A DNA stretch of 64,000 nucleotides, from the NCBI GenBank assembly GCA_964016885.1, contig OZ024755.1:41788001-41852000 (forward strand), in the 5' to 3' direction. The notes under the pieces were generated by a model. The model did no database searches and was not told the origin of the DNA. It saw only the letters and a program-made list of their open reading frames with translations. Positions 30,001 through 42,365 of the stretch are shown in pieces (position 1 is the first letter of the stretch; each line of letters starts with the position of its first letter). A program made the position numbers and the translations under genes. The DNA is from Eledone cirrhosa (Eukaryota).

Positions 30001-33000
30001 CATGGAGTTAGGGAGTTACTGATACCACATTAGTACAGACAGGGAGTTAGGAAGGTACTGATACCACATTAGTACAGACATGGAGTTAGGGAGTTACTGT
30101 TCCTACATTAGTACAGACATGGAGTTAGGGAGGTAGTGTTACCACATCAGTACAGACATGGAGTTAGGGAGGTACTGTTCCTACATTAGTACAGACATGG
30201 AGTTAGGAGGTACTGTTACCACATTAGTAGAGACATGGAGTTAGGGAGGTACTGTTACCACATTACTACAGACGTAGAGTTAGGGAGATACTGTTACCAC
30301 GTTAGTACAGACATGGAGTTAGTGAGGTACTGTTACCACATTAGTACAGACATGGAGTTAGGGAGGTATTCTTCCTACATTAGTACAGACATGGAGTTAG
30401 GGAGGTACTGTTACCACATTAGTAGAGACATGGAGTTAGGGAGGTACTCTTCCTACATTAGTACAGACATGGAGTTAGGGAGGTACTGTTACCACATTAG
30501 TACAGACATGGAGTTAGGGAGGTACTGTTACCACATTAGTACAGACAGGGAGTTAGGGAGGTACTGTTACCACATTAGTACAGACATGGTGTTAGGGAGG
30601 TGCTGTTACCACATTAGTACAGACAGGGAGTTAGGGAGGTACTGTTACCACATTAGTACAGACAGGGATTTAGGGAACTGTTACCACATTAGTACAGAAT
30701 GGGAGTTAGGGAGGTACTGTTACCACATTAGTACAGACATGGAGTTAGGAAGGTACTGTTACCACATTAGTACAGACAGGGAGTTAGGGAGTTACTGTTC
30801 CTACATTAGTACAGACATGGAGTTAGGGAGGTACTGTTACCACATTAGTACAGACATGGTGTTAGGGAGGTACTGTTACCACATTAGTACAGACATGGAG
30901 TTAGGGAGGTACTGTTACCACATTAGTACAGACATGGAGTTAGGGAAGTACTGTTACCACATTAGTACAGACAGGGAGTTAGGGAGGTACTGTTACCACA
31001 TTAGTACAGACAGGGAGTTAGGGAGGTACTGTTGCCACATTAGTACAGACATGGAGTTAGGGAGGTACTGTTACCACATTAGTACAGACAGGGAGTTAGG
31101 GAGGTACTGTTACCACATTAGTACAGACATGGAGTTAGGGAGGTACTGTTACCACATTAGTACAGACATGGAGTTAGGGAGGTACTGTTACCACATTAGT
31201 ACAGACATGGAGTTAGGGAGGTACTGTTACCACATTAGTACAGACATGGAGTTAGGGAGGTACTGTTACCACATTAGTACAGACAGGGAGTTAGGGAGGT
31301 ACTGTTACCACATTAGTACAGACATGGAGTTAGGAAGGTACTGTTACCACATTAGTACAGACATGGAGTTAGGGAGGTACTGTTACCACATTAGTACAGA
31401 CATGGAGTTAGGGAGGTACTGTTACCACATTAGTACAGACAGGGAGTTAGGGAGTTACTGATACTACATTAGTACAGACATGGAGTTAGGGAGGTACTGT
31501 TACCACATTAGTACAGACAGGGAGTTAGGGAGGTACTGTTACCACATTAGTACAGACATGGAGTTAGGAAGGTACTGTTACCACATTAGTACAGACATGG
31601 AGTTAGGGAGGTACTGTTACCACATTAGTACAGACATGGAGTTAGGGAGGTACTGTTACCACATTAGTACAGACAGGGAGTTAGGGAGTTACTGATACTA
31701 CATTAGTACAGACATGGAGTTAGGGAGGTACTGTTACCACATTAGTACAGACAGGGAGTTAGGGAGTTACTGATACTACATTAGTACAGACAGGGAGTTA
31801 GGGAGGTACTGTTCCTACATTAGTACAGACAGGGAGTTAGGGAGGTACTGTTCCTACATTAGTACAGACATGGAGTTAGGGAGGTACTGTTACCACATTA
31901 GTACAGACATGGAGTTAGGGAGGTACTGTTACCACATTAGTACAGACATGGAGTTAGGGAGGTACTGTTACCACATTAGTACAGACAGGAAGTTAGGGAG
32001 GTACTGTTCCTACATTAGTACAGACAGGGAGTTAGGGAGTTACTGATACTACATTAGTACAGACATGTAGTTAGGGAGGTACTGTTACCCCATTAGTACA
32101 GACATGGAGTTAGGGAGGTACTGTTACCACATTAGTACAGACATGGAGTTAGGGAGGTACTGTTACCACATTAGTACAGACATGGAGTTAGGGAGGTACT
32201 GTTACCACCTTAGTACAGACATGGAGTTAGGGAGGTACTGTTACCACATTAGTACAGACATGGAGTTAGGGAGGTACTGTTCCTACATTAGTACAGGCAT
32301 GGAGTTAGGGAGGTACTGTTACCACATTAGTACAGACATGGAGTTAGGGAGGTACTGTTACCACCTTAGTACAGACATGGAGTTAGGGAGGTACTGTTAC
32401 CACATTAGTACAGACATGGAGTTAGGGAGGTACTGTTCCTACATTAGTACAGGCATGGAGTTAGGGAGGTACTGTTCCTACATTAGTACAGGCATGGAGT
32501 TAGGGAGGTACTGTTACCACATTAGTACACACATGGAGTTAGGGAGGTATTGTTCCTACATTAGTACAGGCATGGAGTTAGGGAGGTACTGTTACCACAT
32601 TAGTACAGACATGGAGTTAGGGAGGTACTGTTACCACATTAGTACAGACAGGGAGTTAGGGAGGTACTGTTACCACATTAGTACAGACATGGTGTTAGGG
32701 AGGTACTGTTACCACATTAGTACAGACATGGAGTTAGGGAGGTACTGTTACCACATTAGTACAGACATGGAGTTAGGGAGGTACTGTTACCACATTAGTA
32801 CAGACATGGAGTTAGGGAGGTACTGTTACCACATTAGTACAGACATGGAGTTAGGGAGGTACTGTTACCACATTAGTACAGACATGGAGTTAGGGAGGTA
32901 CTGTTACCACATTAGTACAGACATGGAGTTAGGGAGGTACTGTTACCACATTAGTACAGACATGGAGTTAGGGAGGTACTGTTACCACATTAGTACAGAC

Positions 33001-34235
33001 ATGGAGTTAGGGAGGTACTGTTACCACATTAGTACAGACATGGAGTTAGGGAGGTACTGTTACCACATTAGTACAGACATGGAGTTAGGGAGGTACTGTT
33101 ACCACATTAGTACAGACATGGAGTTAGGGAGGTACTGTTACCACATTAGTACAGACATGGAGTTAGGGAGGTACTGTTACCACATTAGTACAGACATGGA
33201 GTTAGGGAGGTACTGTTACCACATTAGTACAGACATGGAGTTAGGGAGGTACTGTTACCACATTAGTACAGACATGGAGTTAGGGAGGTACTGATACCAC
33301 ATTAGTACAGACAGGGAGTTAGGGAGGTACTGTTACCACATTAGTACAGACATGGAGTTAGGGAGGTACTGTTACCACATTAGTACAGGCATGGAGTTAG
33401 GGAGGTACTGTTACCACATTAGTACAGACATGGAGTTAGGGAGGTACTGACACCACATTAGTACAGACATGGAGTTAGGGAGGTACTGATACCACATTAG
33501 TACAGACATGGAGTTAGGGAGGTACTGTTACCACATTAGTACAGACATGGAGTTAGGGAGTTACTGATACCACATTAGTACAGACAGGGAGTTAGGAAGG
33601 TACTGATACCACATTAGTACAGACAGGGAGTTAGGGAGGTACTGTTACCACACTAGTACAGACATGGAGTTAGGGAGGTACTGTTACCACATTAGTACAG
33701 ACATGGAGTTAGGGAGGTACTGTTACCACATTAGTACAGACAGGGAGTTAGGGAGGTACTGTTCCTACATTAGTACAGACATGGAGTTAGGGAGGTACTG
33801 TTACCACATTAGTACAGACATGGAGTTAGGGAGGTACTGTTACCACATTAGTACAGACAGGGAGTTAGGGAGGTACTGTTCCTACATTAGTACAGACATG
33901 GAGTTAGGGAGGTACTGTTACCACATTAGTACAGACATGGAGTTAGGGAGGTACTGTTACCATATTAGTACAGACAGAGAGTTAGGGAGGTACTGTTACC
34001 ACATTAGTACAGACAGGGAGTTAGGGAGGTACTGTTACCACATTAGTACAGGCAGGGAGTTAGGGAGGTACTGTTACCACATTAGTACAGACATGGAGTT
34101 AGTGAGGTACTGTTTCTACATTAGTACAGACATGGAGTTAGGCAGGTACTGTTCCTACATTAGTACAGACAGGGAGTTAGGGAGGTACTGTTACCACATT
34201 AGTACAGACAGGGAGTAAGTAGGCTACTGTTCCCA
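1..34235 (+). repeat. 39-bp tandem satellite array (~875 units; consensus ATGGAGTTAGGGAGGTACTGTTACCACATTAGTACAGAC), running off the left edge of the window
   Basis: Uninterrupted 39-bp periodicity with occasional 38-bp (TTAGGAGG) and 36-bp (GGGAACTG) variants; degenerate last unit at ~34200-34235. Confidence 0.99.
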
Positions 34236-34330
34236 GCCAAGCTCCTTTATAAATCCAGTTGTGTTTTTGATATAATTTGTTAGAAAGAAAATCTGTTCTA
34301 TACATATACAAATCTACACCTCTATAGGCA

Positions 34331-34912
34331 TTCCCACTACATTTTAATTTACCTTAAATAGCAACTACACAGCCATTTCTATTCTCCATATATTTCATCA
34401 TGTTTTCGCTGTGACCATTCTACTCTCCCCTTATACCTACCTATTTCGCTACTTTCTACTCTCACCCATCTTTCTTCTCTCCCTTTCTCCCTCTCACTTC
34501 CATCCTTCTCGCCTGACCGTTTAGCAGTTCTCTTCTCCCTTCAACTGCGGCGATCAGACGTGTGTCTCCTTCCTCTTGTCCCCTCAGTCTTGAACTTAAG
34601 TTCTCTTATCGAATGGTCTTGGATTTCCTTACCTTTAGTTGCTCGCACATTGCTCGGTTCGTTGTTGTTTTTTCGCTGTTTTTCTTTCTGTTTTCTCTTT
34701 TCTTCCCTCCCTCCTGCGTTTTCCCAATAAACTATCCAGTTATTGACGCCCTGGGGCTAGATATATTGTCTTTAAAGCGTAGAAATATCCGAGACCCTCA
34801 GTAGACAACTGATGAGGAAAACTCCCCCCCCCCCGTTCTTGCTTTCTTCGTATTCCCACTGCATTTTAAGTTTCCTTAAATAGCAACTACACAGCCATTT
34901 CTATTCTCCATA
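34331..34912. repeat. ~522-bp unit with ~60-bp terminal direct repeats, ending in (TA)n; unclassified
   Basis: ttcccactRcattttaa...cacagccatttctattctccatata at 34331-34392 and 34853-34912; the 34705-34850 part recurs, diverged, at ~51200-51335. Confidence 0.6.
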
Positions 34913-35952
34913 TATATATATATATATATATATAGTCGAATCCATAACTTATATGTGTGACTCTGAGCCAATCCTCTGCGAAACGCGGAGAGGAAGCAAG
35001 ACTGTTGTGCATATGTATATTATACAAACTATAAATATAATTAATTAGGTTTTAGAATTGAGTTCTAATTTCATAACATCTCCGGTTCTCGCATAATCTA
35101 TTAACCGGAAGTTTGACATATTTCTCTAAAATTAGAATACTCTCCTAATATGTTTATTTAGAGCAGGGGTATCTAAGCTTTTTTGTGTCATCACCCACTT
35201 TCACATGAAATATTTACTGTACAGTAAATATTTAAAATCATACGAAAAATATTTGGTAAAATTTTGTTTCAAGTTTGTAAATTGTCTTTTTTTGATGGAG
35301 TAAAAAAGATACGAAACGGAGGTAAGAAATAAGGCCGATTTATGCAGCTGCTCATGCTAATACCGTATTAAAGAACAAATGAAGGGAAATTCTAACATTT
35401 TAAAACTGTAGCTGGTATTTGAGAGATAAAGGGGTTTAATTTCTCGTAGCGGCTGATGGCAGCTTGATTAAGGGTCCTTCAACCTAAGAAGATGGTTGGT
35501 TTAGCAACAAAACATGTTTTAAAAGAGGTTAACAAGCAATGAATTTACTCCACCGATGTGAACTACGTATCATGTGACTGACGAAGAAGAAGAAGAAGAA
35601 TCAATGGACTAGAACAATCCGGAAGGGGTGAAAATCAATGTGGCCCGGCCTCAATATTTGAGCCGCTGGACTGAATAGCGCAACGAAATCCATCCGGTGA
35701 CCTCAAAACTCTATCGAAGTTATATTTAGTCTGTTGCAGTCTGTAGGGAGGAGGAGGAGGAGGAGGGGGGGGGGGGGTTGTCACTGCTGCTATCTTTTTT
35801 TATCATTTCAATTTCAGGTTTTAAAATGTTGACGAGAGATTTATAACAAGAAAGATAATTCTGACGCAATGGAAGGGAGGTAACTTTCCCTGACTGCATT
35901 GCATTTAGACATGTTCCCTCTTCTTCTCTCTCATTCCCTCTCTCATCCCCCC

Positions 35953-36125
<173 letters not shown>

Positions 36126-36150
36126 GTATAAAAATCAATACAATATAATT

Positions 36151-36222
36151 ACCTCATTACCAGAGGTTTCCCGAATGAGGCGAATACGAAATAAACGTCT
36201 TCATTCGTTCGTCAGACGAGGC
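36151..36222 (-). ncRNA. Type I hammerhead ribozyme motif in a short fragment between two (TA)n tracts
   Basis: Minus strand GCCTCGT-CTGACGA-aCGAATGA..TCATTCGg-GAAA-CC(TCT)GG-TA-ATGAGGT; stems I, II and III pair (A.G mismatch at the base of stem II). Confidence 0.75.
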
Positions 36223-36372
36223 AATATGACCTTTTCTGTTTCCAACGGAAATTTCAATACTTATATATATATATATATATATATAGTGAAAAATTGAACG
36301 GGAACAAAACAGAGAGGCAGTACGAACAAAGGTTTATTAGTTTCACGCTCTTGAGAGTGGGGTGGTGGTGGA

Positions 36373-36413
<41 letters not shown>

Positions 36414-37023
36414 GAGAAGAAAGAAGAATACTGCGTGGTTGCACATATGATAAAAATAGTCCTTCGTCAGTGATTTCCCAACCATCATTGGTATTTCATC
36501 GTATTAAAAATCATATACCTCAGGTTGGTGCGAGCAATAACTAAAAAAAGTTATTGGGACCAGTAAATCGCGTAAAGCGAGGGGGATAAGTAAACAACAA
36601 AGAAGGATAAAAACAAACCAAAGAAAGGAAATAAACAAGCAACATGGTAGTCCTGGTCAGCATAAGCTGGATGGATTTCATGAGCGAAAGGTACAGACAC
36701 GTCCAGCGTGAGTGGGATGTAAGCAAGAAGAGGCCCACTGTTAGCCAAACGGGAGGAATTGAGAAGGGGAGAAACAGAGAGTGAGTGAGTGGAAGTGCGA
36801 GGAAGCGGTCAGTCGAGAGAAGGTGTAACTGACAGAGGGGGCGAAAGAAGGTGAGAGAAACAGAGAGAACGGGGAAGCAATAAGATAAGAAGAAGGGATA
36901 TTCAATTTGTTGGTAATTCAACAAATATAAATGTTTATAACTGATTCAGAGCACTCAACAGAATTTGGAGTATAATATACAATGATATTAAATAAATGGA
37001 AACTATATTTATAAAACCATATT

Positions 37024-37084
37024 TATTCTATTATATATATTTCAAGGGTACCAACATTTTGGTACGCACTCATCAGATAAAATA
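37024..37084 (-). ncRNA. Type I hammerhead ribozyme motif, same family as 53684-53748
   Basis: Minus strand TATTTTAT-CTGATGA-GtgcGTACCAA(aatg)TTGGTACcctT-GAAA-TATATA-TA-ATAGAATA; palindromic stem III. Confidence 0.75.
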
Positions 37085-37321
37085 CAAAGTGTTTTATAAA
37101 TGTTGACATAACCAAGGAGAATATACCTTAACGGTTCAAGTTATCCTTGGATAGACTATCCAAGGATAACTTGACGTAAATACTCACCTTTTTCCATTTC
37201 TCCGAGGGTTTTTAACCCCACTATCAGGCTAAATAATTTCTTTAATTTCTTTAGTCAAAATACGGCGAAAGCTTACATTTATAATTTCAAACCCGCTCGC
37301 TGTTTCGAAAATATTCTTACT

Positions 37322-37360
<39 letters not shown>

Positions 37361-37365
<5 letters not shown>

Positions 37366-38302
37366 TATGAAGAGAGAAGAAACATTTAGATATAATTAGT
37401 AATAAAATGTATCATACCTAAACTGCTCCTAGATTCCTCGACTACGTAGTTTCGTGGCATAAACAAAAACAGTACATCATAAAGATATAGAGCCTTTTAT
37501 TACTAATTATATCTAAATGTTTCTTCTCTCTTCATAATGTATTTTTAACTCTGATATTGGTTCAGTCTAGTTCAACCGGATTGGTCTGTCCCAGTCATTC
37601 ATTGAGCAACATCGGTAAGGTTGGCACCATTAACTCACGGTTGGATGTGGATGCATTCATGTATATGTGTGTGTCCGCATGTATCTGTGTGTTTCTAAAT
37701 ATATTGTTCATAACTCCCTCTGGTCGAGTAATCTTTGAAGTGTGGTGACTGCTGGAAAGCTGCCATTACTCATACTTCTCGCCTCCTTTACCACCTCTTC
37801 TACGGCTTCGATATAAATACCCCCTCCGCCTCCGTGGTATTTTCTTCGGGGTTATAAGAGGCTTAGCTCTGTTTCTCGACCGTTATATCGCGTGACTATC
37901 TCCCCCTCCGCCTTTTGGGATTCTTTCTCACGTCGTGTAGACGCGTTCTTGAAGCTAGTAAAATGAGGTATCCTCTTGATAAGTCGGCAGACCTCGCAAA
38001 GGCTCTATATCTTTATGATGTACTGTTTTTGTTTATGCCACGAAACTACGTAGTCGAGGAATCTAGGAGCAGTTTAGGTATGATACATTTTATTACTAAT
38101 TATATCTAAATGTTTCTTCTCTCTTCATAATGTATTTTTAACTCTGATACTGGTTCAGTCTAGTTCAACCGGATTGGTCTGTCCCAGTCATTCATTGAGC
38201 AACATCGGTAAGGTTGGCACCATTAACTCACGGTTGGATGTGGATGCATTCATGTATATGTGTGTGTCCGCATGTATCTGTGTGTTTCTAAATATATTGT
38301 TT
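37361..38302 (+). mobile_element. Non-coding HHR-bearing mini-element (retrozyme / non-autonomous PLE), ~593-bp unit present 1.36x plus a short inverted arm, inside (TA)n
   Basis: Direct repeat 37495-37708 = 38088-38301 (period 593); 37361-37496 is the reverse complement of ~37999-38134; (TA)n on both sides; no RT ORF. Confidence 0.75.
37971..38060 (+). ncRNA. Type I hammerhead ribozyme, U3-A8 core variant
   Basis: TCCTC-TTGATAA-GTcGGCA..TGCCAC-GAAA-CTACGTAG-TC-GAGGA; palindromic stem III; predicted GUC cut after 38055. Confidence 0.75.
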
Positions 38303-38316
38303 ATATATATATATAT

Positions 38317-38684
38317 ACTTCGCTTTTGTATTTCTTTTGCAAGATTTTTTATCTGAACACGTTTGTTGAAACAAATATTGTTATACTTTGGGTGGATCGT
38401 GCTGCCAATAAAAACATACGCACCTGCTGCTTTCACTTCAATTTGTTATCATAATTTCCCAATCGGTTAGTTTTTTGTCACAAAAACAAGATGGTGTAGG
38501 ACAGAGCAAACGAAAGACAGAAAATTACAACAAAGGACGTCACTGATGAGGTCACAGAATGTGTGACGAAACAGTTTTGATGACAAACAACAACTAAACA
38601 ACCATTCGGTTATTAAACTAAACGACTCGGAAATAATATATTGAAGTGAAAAAACAACAGGCGCTTGTGTATTACCTTCACAAA

Positions 38685-38690
<6 letters not shown>
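38317..38690 (+). mobile_element. Solo fold-back pLTR fragment of the PLE family at 51357-53476, with a degenerate HHR at 38538-38582
   Basis: gtcactgatgaggtcacagaatgtgtgacgaaa matches 53274-53316; the left part matches the inverted pLTR tail (tattgttatactttggg...gccaataa...ctttcacttcaattt). Confidence 0.7.
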
Positions 38691-38778
<88 letters not shown>

Positions 38779-38809
38779 CATATATATACATATATATAAT
38801 GTTCTATGC

Positions 38810-39375
38810 AATACAGTAACAAGAAATCTCTACCAAATATCTGCTACACAAAAGAGGAGGGCCATCAGTCGACAATAAATGTAGGCTTTGTAAAACAAAG
38901 ATCGAAGATGTCAGCCACATTATTGCCAACTGCGAAAGAATGTCGTCTCATTACTACCTCCCTATGAGACACGAAGTGACAGCTAGAACCATCTGGAGCG
39001 CAATTAGAAAAACAAGATTTTTAAAAAATGAGGAGGAATATGTTGAGATAGATGGCTGAATACTGGAGGAACCTGAAAATAAAAACTGCCACCAAATTAA
39101 AGCACAACCGATCTGATATTGTTGTTTGGGTCCACACATTGAAAACGTTCTCTGTTGTAGAGATCAGCTGCCCACTTGATGTCAACGTTGTAAGAAAACT
39201 ACAGGAGAAGGAGGACATCTACGGACCATCGATGAGGAGTTTGCAGATCCAGTATACCCATCATTATTGGAGCTACAGGTTATATACAAACCCGCTTGGA
39301 CCAAAGTATAACTGAATTTGGATTTGAGGACAAAGAGCCCAGCTCCCTAATTCATAGACTACAAATGGCTGCGAT
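38810..39375 (+). pseudogene. 3' fragment of an RLE-type non-LTR retrotransposon (CCHC zinc knuckle + restriction-like endonuclease)
   Basis: Translates to KCRLCKTKIEDVSHIIANC..YYLPMRH and LKHNRSDIVVW..FSVVEISCPLD..KLQEKEDIY..PIIIGATG with frameshifts. Confidence 0.75.
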
Positions 39376-39978
39376 ACAAATACATACACACAGATATTCA
39401 TATGTATTTACCTAACTGATATCTAAATTCCAATGAAACCGACTCTATTAATAAAATTGTCATGTCAGGTCACCCTTGAGTGCTACAGGAAATATGTAAC
39501 CCAGTACAACCTGTTGCATGGTCGGGACGTTGGCGACTGAACCGGCAACCCCACCAAGTTTACTTGGTGAGGAGGGTGATTTTGGACACCCTGCAGGACA
39601 AAAAACAAAACCTGAGAAAGGGCGGAAGAACTCATAAGAGTCAACGACCATCTAAAATAAATGAATGAAAAAGAAATCCTACCAAATCAATGGATGGCAG
39701 TAGTTCCAGCTACACACATCAAAAGACTGGTGTAGTGGTTCTAAGAACAATGTGGCTTTTGCAGATGATCAATACAAATTGACAATGGAAAGGCGCCCCG
39801 CTCGAGTTAGAAGAGAACTATTGACCTTCAGGAGAAGCAGTGACCCCTGATTGTATTCAGTAACCGAAACAAATATGAAGTACACCAAATCCAATGCTCA
39901 TAGGGGCGGCCCTGGTTCTTCTTATTTGCGAGTGTAAACTCGGCCAGATTAGATTAGATTAAAACAAACGTCCACATA

Positions 39979-40139
39979 TATGAGGATCGACCTAAAAGTT
40001 CAAAGGTTGACTATGCAGGAGTGATGCTAGAGCTGTGATATCTTGCATGGATTAATTTCAACTCTTCTTATTAATAACTGTTGTTTCTTGGTCAGCCTAT
40101 AAACGTTTCAACTTATGAAATTTTCAGCCGAACCTCGTA
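39979..40139. mobile_element. Small mariner-like MITE; a related TIR starts at 40392-40440
   Basis: tatgaggatcgacctaaaagttca...ttttcagccgaacctcgta with TA ends; 40392-40440 is the near reverse complement of 40091-40139. Confidence 0.55.
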
Positions 40140-40659
40140 CTCACGCGCACACACATACAGGGAGTCAAAACTATTTTTAGATTCTCAGAATCAATTGTGA
40201 CAGTCTGGTGTCTGGTAAAGCTAAGAACGAGAGATGTAAGTTAAACGACGATTACCGTTCAAATTTCGGATTTCCCCAAAGTTTCACAAGTAAAGCGGAT
40301 GTTGTCATTTCTAGGAGGGTACGTGTGTGTGGGGGTGGGGGTGGAGGTACGTGTGTGTGTGTAAGTGTATGTGTCTGTGTGTGTGCGTGTGTACGAGGTT
40401 CGGCTGAAAAGTTCATAAGTTGAAAAGTTTATAGGCTGACGCTAATTAGTGACCAGTAACGTCACTGTCCGCATTTTAGCGCCACTTGGTGTACTTTACC
40501 GTATTTTCTGAGCTAATATTCATCGCGACCAACCCTTATTAATCTAGTAATCCATATCCTTATAAAAAAAGGAAGCATTAAATAAAATTGATAAGGTTTT
40601 TCGTATTTTCAATTCATCTCGCCTTATCCAAGATTATGCAATGGAACGCGAATAGCTGA

Positions 40660-40930
40660 CTGAACTATAATCTCACATTATCGAAACCAAAATCTTTACT
40701 GGAAGTGGTAAGGGAGACATCCCATATATACATAGAACGCTGCTAATACCAACAGATGTCCCCTTTCGTTTCAAATAATTGCAATTCCCAGTGAGAGTCA
40801 GTTATACAATGGACATTAACAAGTACTAAGGTGAAACACTGCAGGTTGTCGGTCTCCATCTAGAAGAGGGTTGTTTCTCACATGGTCAATTGTTTGTAGG
40901 TTGTTCCACAGTTGGTAGCCTCCACAAACT
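40660..40930 (+). pseudogene. Helitron PIF1-type helicase C-terminal fragment
   Basis: IFTGSGKG..LIPTDVPFRFK*LQFPVRVSYTMDINKY*GETLQVVGLHLEEGCFSHGQLFVGCS resembles the QFPVRLAFAMTINKSQGQTL..FSHGQLYVA motifs; two stops. Confidence 0.85.
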
Positions 40931-41006
40931 CTTCGTATATATATATAAACGAATTATTTATACATATATCTATATCTATATCTATCTATCTCTCTCTCTA
41001 TATATA

Positions 41007-41197
41007 TAGGAACCAGTAAGACCCCGACGGCTGAGCTCAAGCCGTTTCGACGGCTAATTCTGTCCAGAATTAGCCGTCGAAACGGCTTGAGCTCAGCCGT
41101 CGGGGTCTTACTGGTTCCTATTACCCACTCTACTACCCCAAGTATTGAGTACTTTGGTGCGTTATGGTCCACCTGGTTCCTTACTACATTTCCTTCG

Positions 41198-41200
<3 letters not shown>
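41007..41200 (+). mobile_element. Fold-back insertion: perfect 56-bp palindrome carrying the 3' half of an HHR, plus an ~80-bp tail, in (TA)n
   Basis: 41007-41062 is the exact reverse complement of 41065-41120; GAAA-CGGCT(tgagctc)AGCCG-TC at 41079-41101. Confidence 0.75.
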
Positions 41201-41284
<84 letters not shown>

Positions 41285-41315
41285 TAGATATAGATATAGA
41301 TATATGTATAAATAA

Positions 41316-41470
41316 TTCGTTTTTGAATTTGTTTTGCGAGATTTCTTATGTGAAAACGTGTGTTGAAACAGATATTGTTATACTTTGGGAGGGTCATGTT
41401 GCCAAGAAAAACAAACAACAGGTGCGTGTGTTTTTATTGGCAACAAGACCCTGCCAAAGTATAACAATAA
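41316..41470. mobile_element. Short fold-back of the pLTR tail of the 51357-53476 PLE family
   Basis: tattgttatactttgggagggtcatgttgccaa vs ttggcaacaagaccctgccaaagtataacaata; same sequence at 51358 and ~53385-53415. Confidence 0.7.
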
Positions 41471-41511
41471 ATATATATATACTTCATCAGATTGGATTGT
41501 ATCAAAAAGCG

Positions 41512-41580
<69 letters not shown>

Positions 41581-41611
41581 ATTTAAATGGATACAGTTCA
41601 GTAAAAGGAAT

Positions 41612-41732
41612 TTATTGACACGTGTTTCAATAACAGTTATATAACCTGAAAACAGCTGCTATCTACAAAGTATTAATTATGCAGACACTCAATATTTCAA
41701 TGTTATTTTCAACTATCATTTCATCAGAATAA
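41612..41732 (-). ncRNA. Inverted copy of the PLE hammerhead at 46308-46428
   Basis: Reverse complement of 46308-46428. Confidence 0.7.
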
Positions 41733-42158
41733 TCTCATTGAGAACTTGTTTGGTTTTTATAGAGAATATTAAGAGGGCGGAGTGAAATTAGAAGAATAGT
41801 TAAGGGAGTGTATAGGATTTTTTTGATAGCAGTGGGTAATTAGATTCCCATCTGTTGTTTTGACATTTTTATAGAATACATTATTTGGTGTTGATTATTT
41901 TTCTAAATCTATAGAAGGATTAGAGATAGTAAAGATATGCATGGTTGGTTTTGTGTTTGCACTTAATTAACATACAGACTTAAATTTTTCTTTCAAGTGT
42001 GTGTATCCGTTCGCCCACACAGATATATGTGTATATATACTTATTTAAAAAAAAAAACATACATATTCACACACATACATATATGCACACCTCTACAAAT
42101 ACATACACTCACATACACATACTAACATGCTCATACTTACATACATATATACATGTAC

Positions 42159-42190
<32 letters not shown>

Positions 42191-42290
42191 ATGTACCCAC
42201 ATACGCATTCATGTATATACACTTTCATACTCTACTTATCTTCATATACATACATATATAGACACACATATATACATACATTCTCCTGTC

Positions 42291-42360
<70 letters not shown>

Positions 42361-42365
<5 letters not shown>

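Noticed and set aside
1-34217. CRISPR array
   Set aside because: No unique spacers and no cas genes; a contiguous tandem repeat in a eukaryotic context.
1-34217. True telomere tract
   Set aside because: TTAGGG occurs once per 39 bp and never in tandem.
185-34218. Long ORFs of MELGRYCYHISTD repeats (up to 643 aa) as a Cys/His/Tyr-rich repeat protein
   Set aside because: A 39-bp unit has a stop-free frame by chance; stop and frameshift variants are propagated freely through the duplications, and there is no unique coding sequence or splice context.
36455-36480. Minus-strand CTGACGA here (and CTGATGA at ~41484-41490) as hammerheads
   Set aside because: No stem II-GAAA-stem III downstream; at most truncated remnants.
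39460-39920. Possible 5' UTR of an RTE-type LINE with an HDV-like ribozyme
   Set aside because: Only a vague resemblance; I could not build the nested double pseudoknot or find an adjacent ORF.
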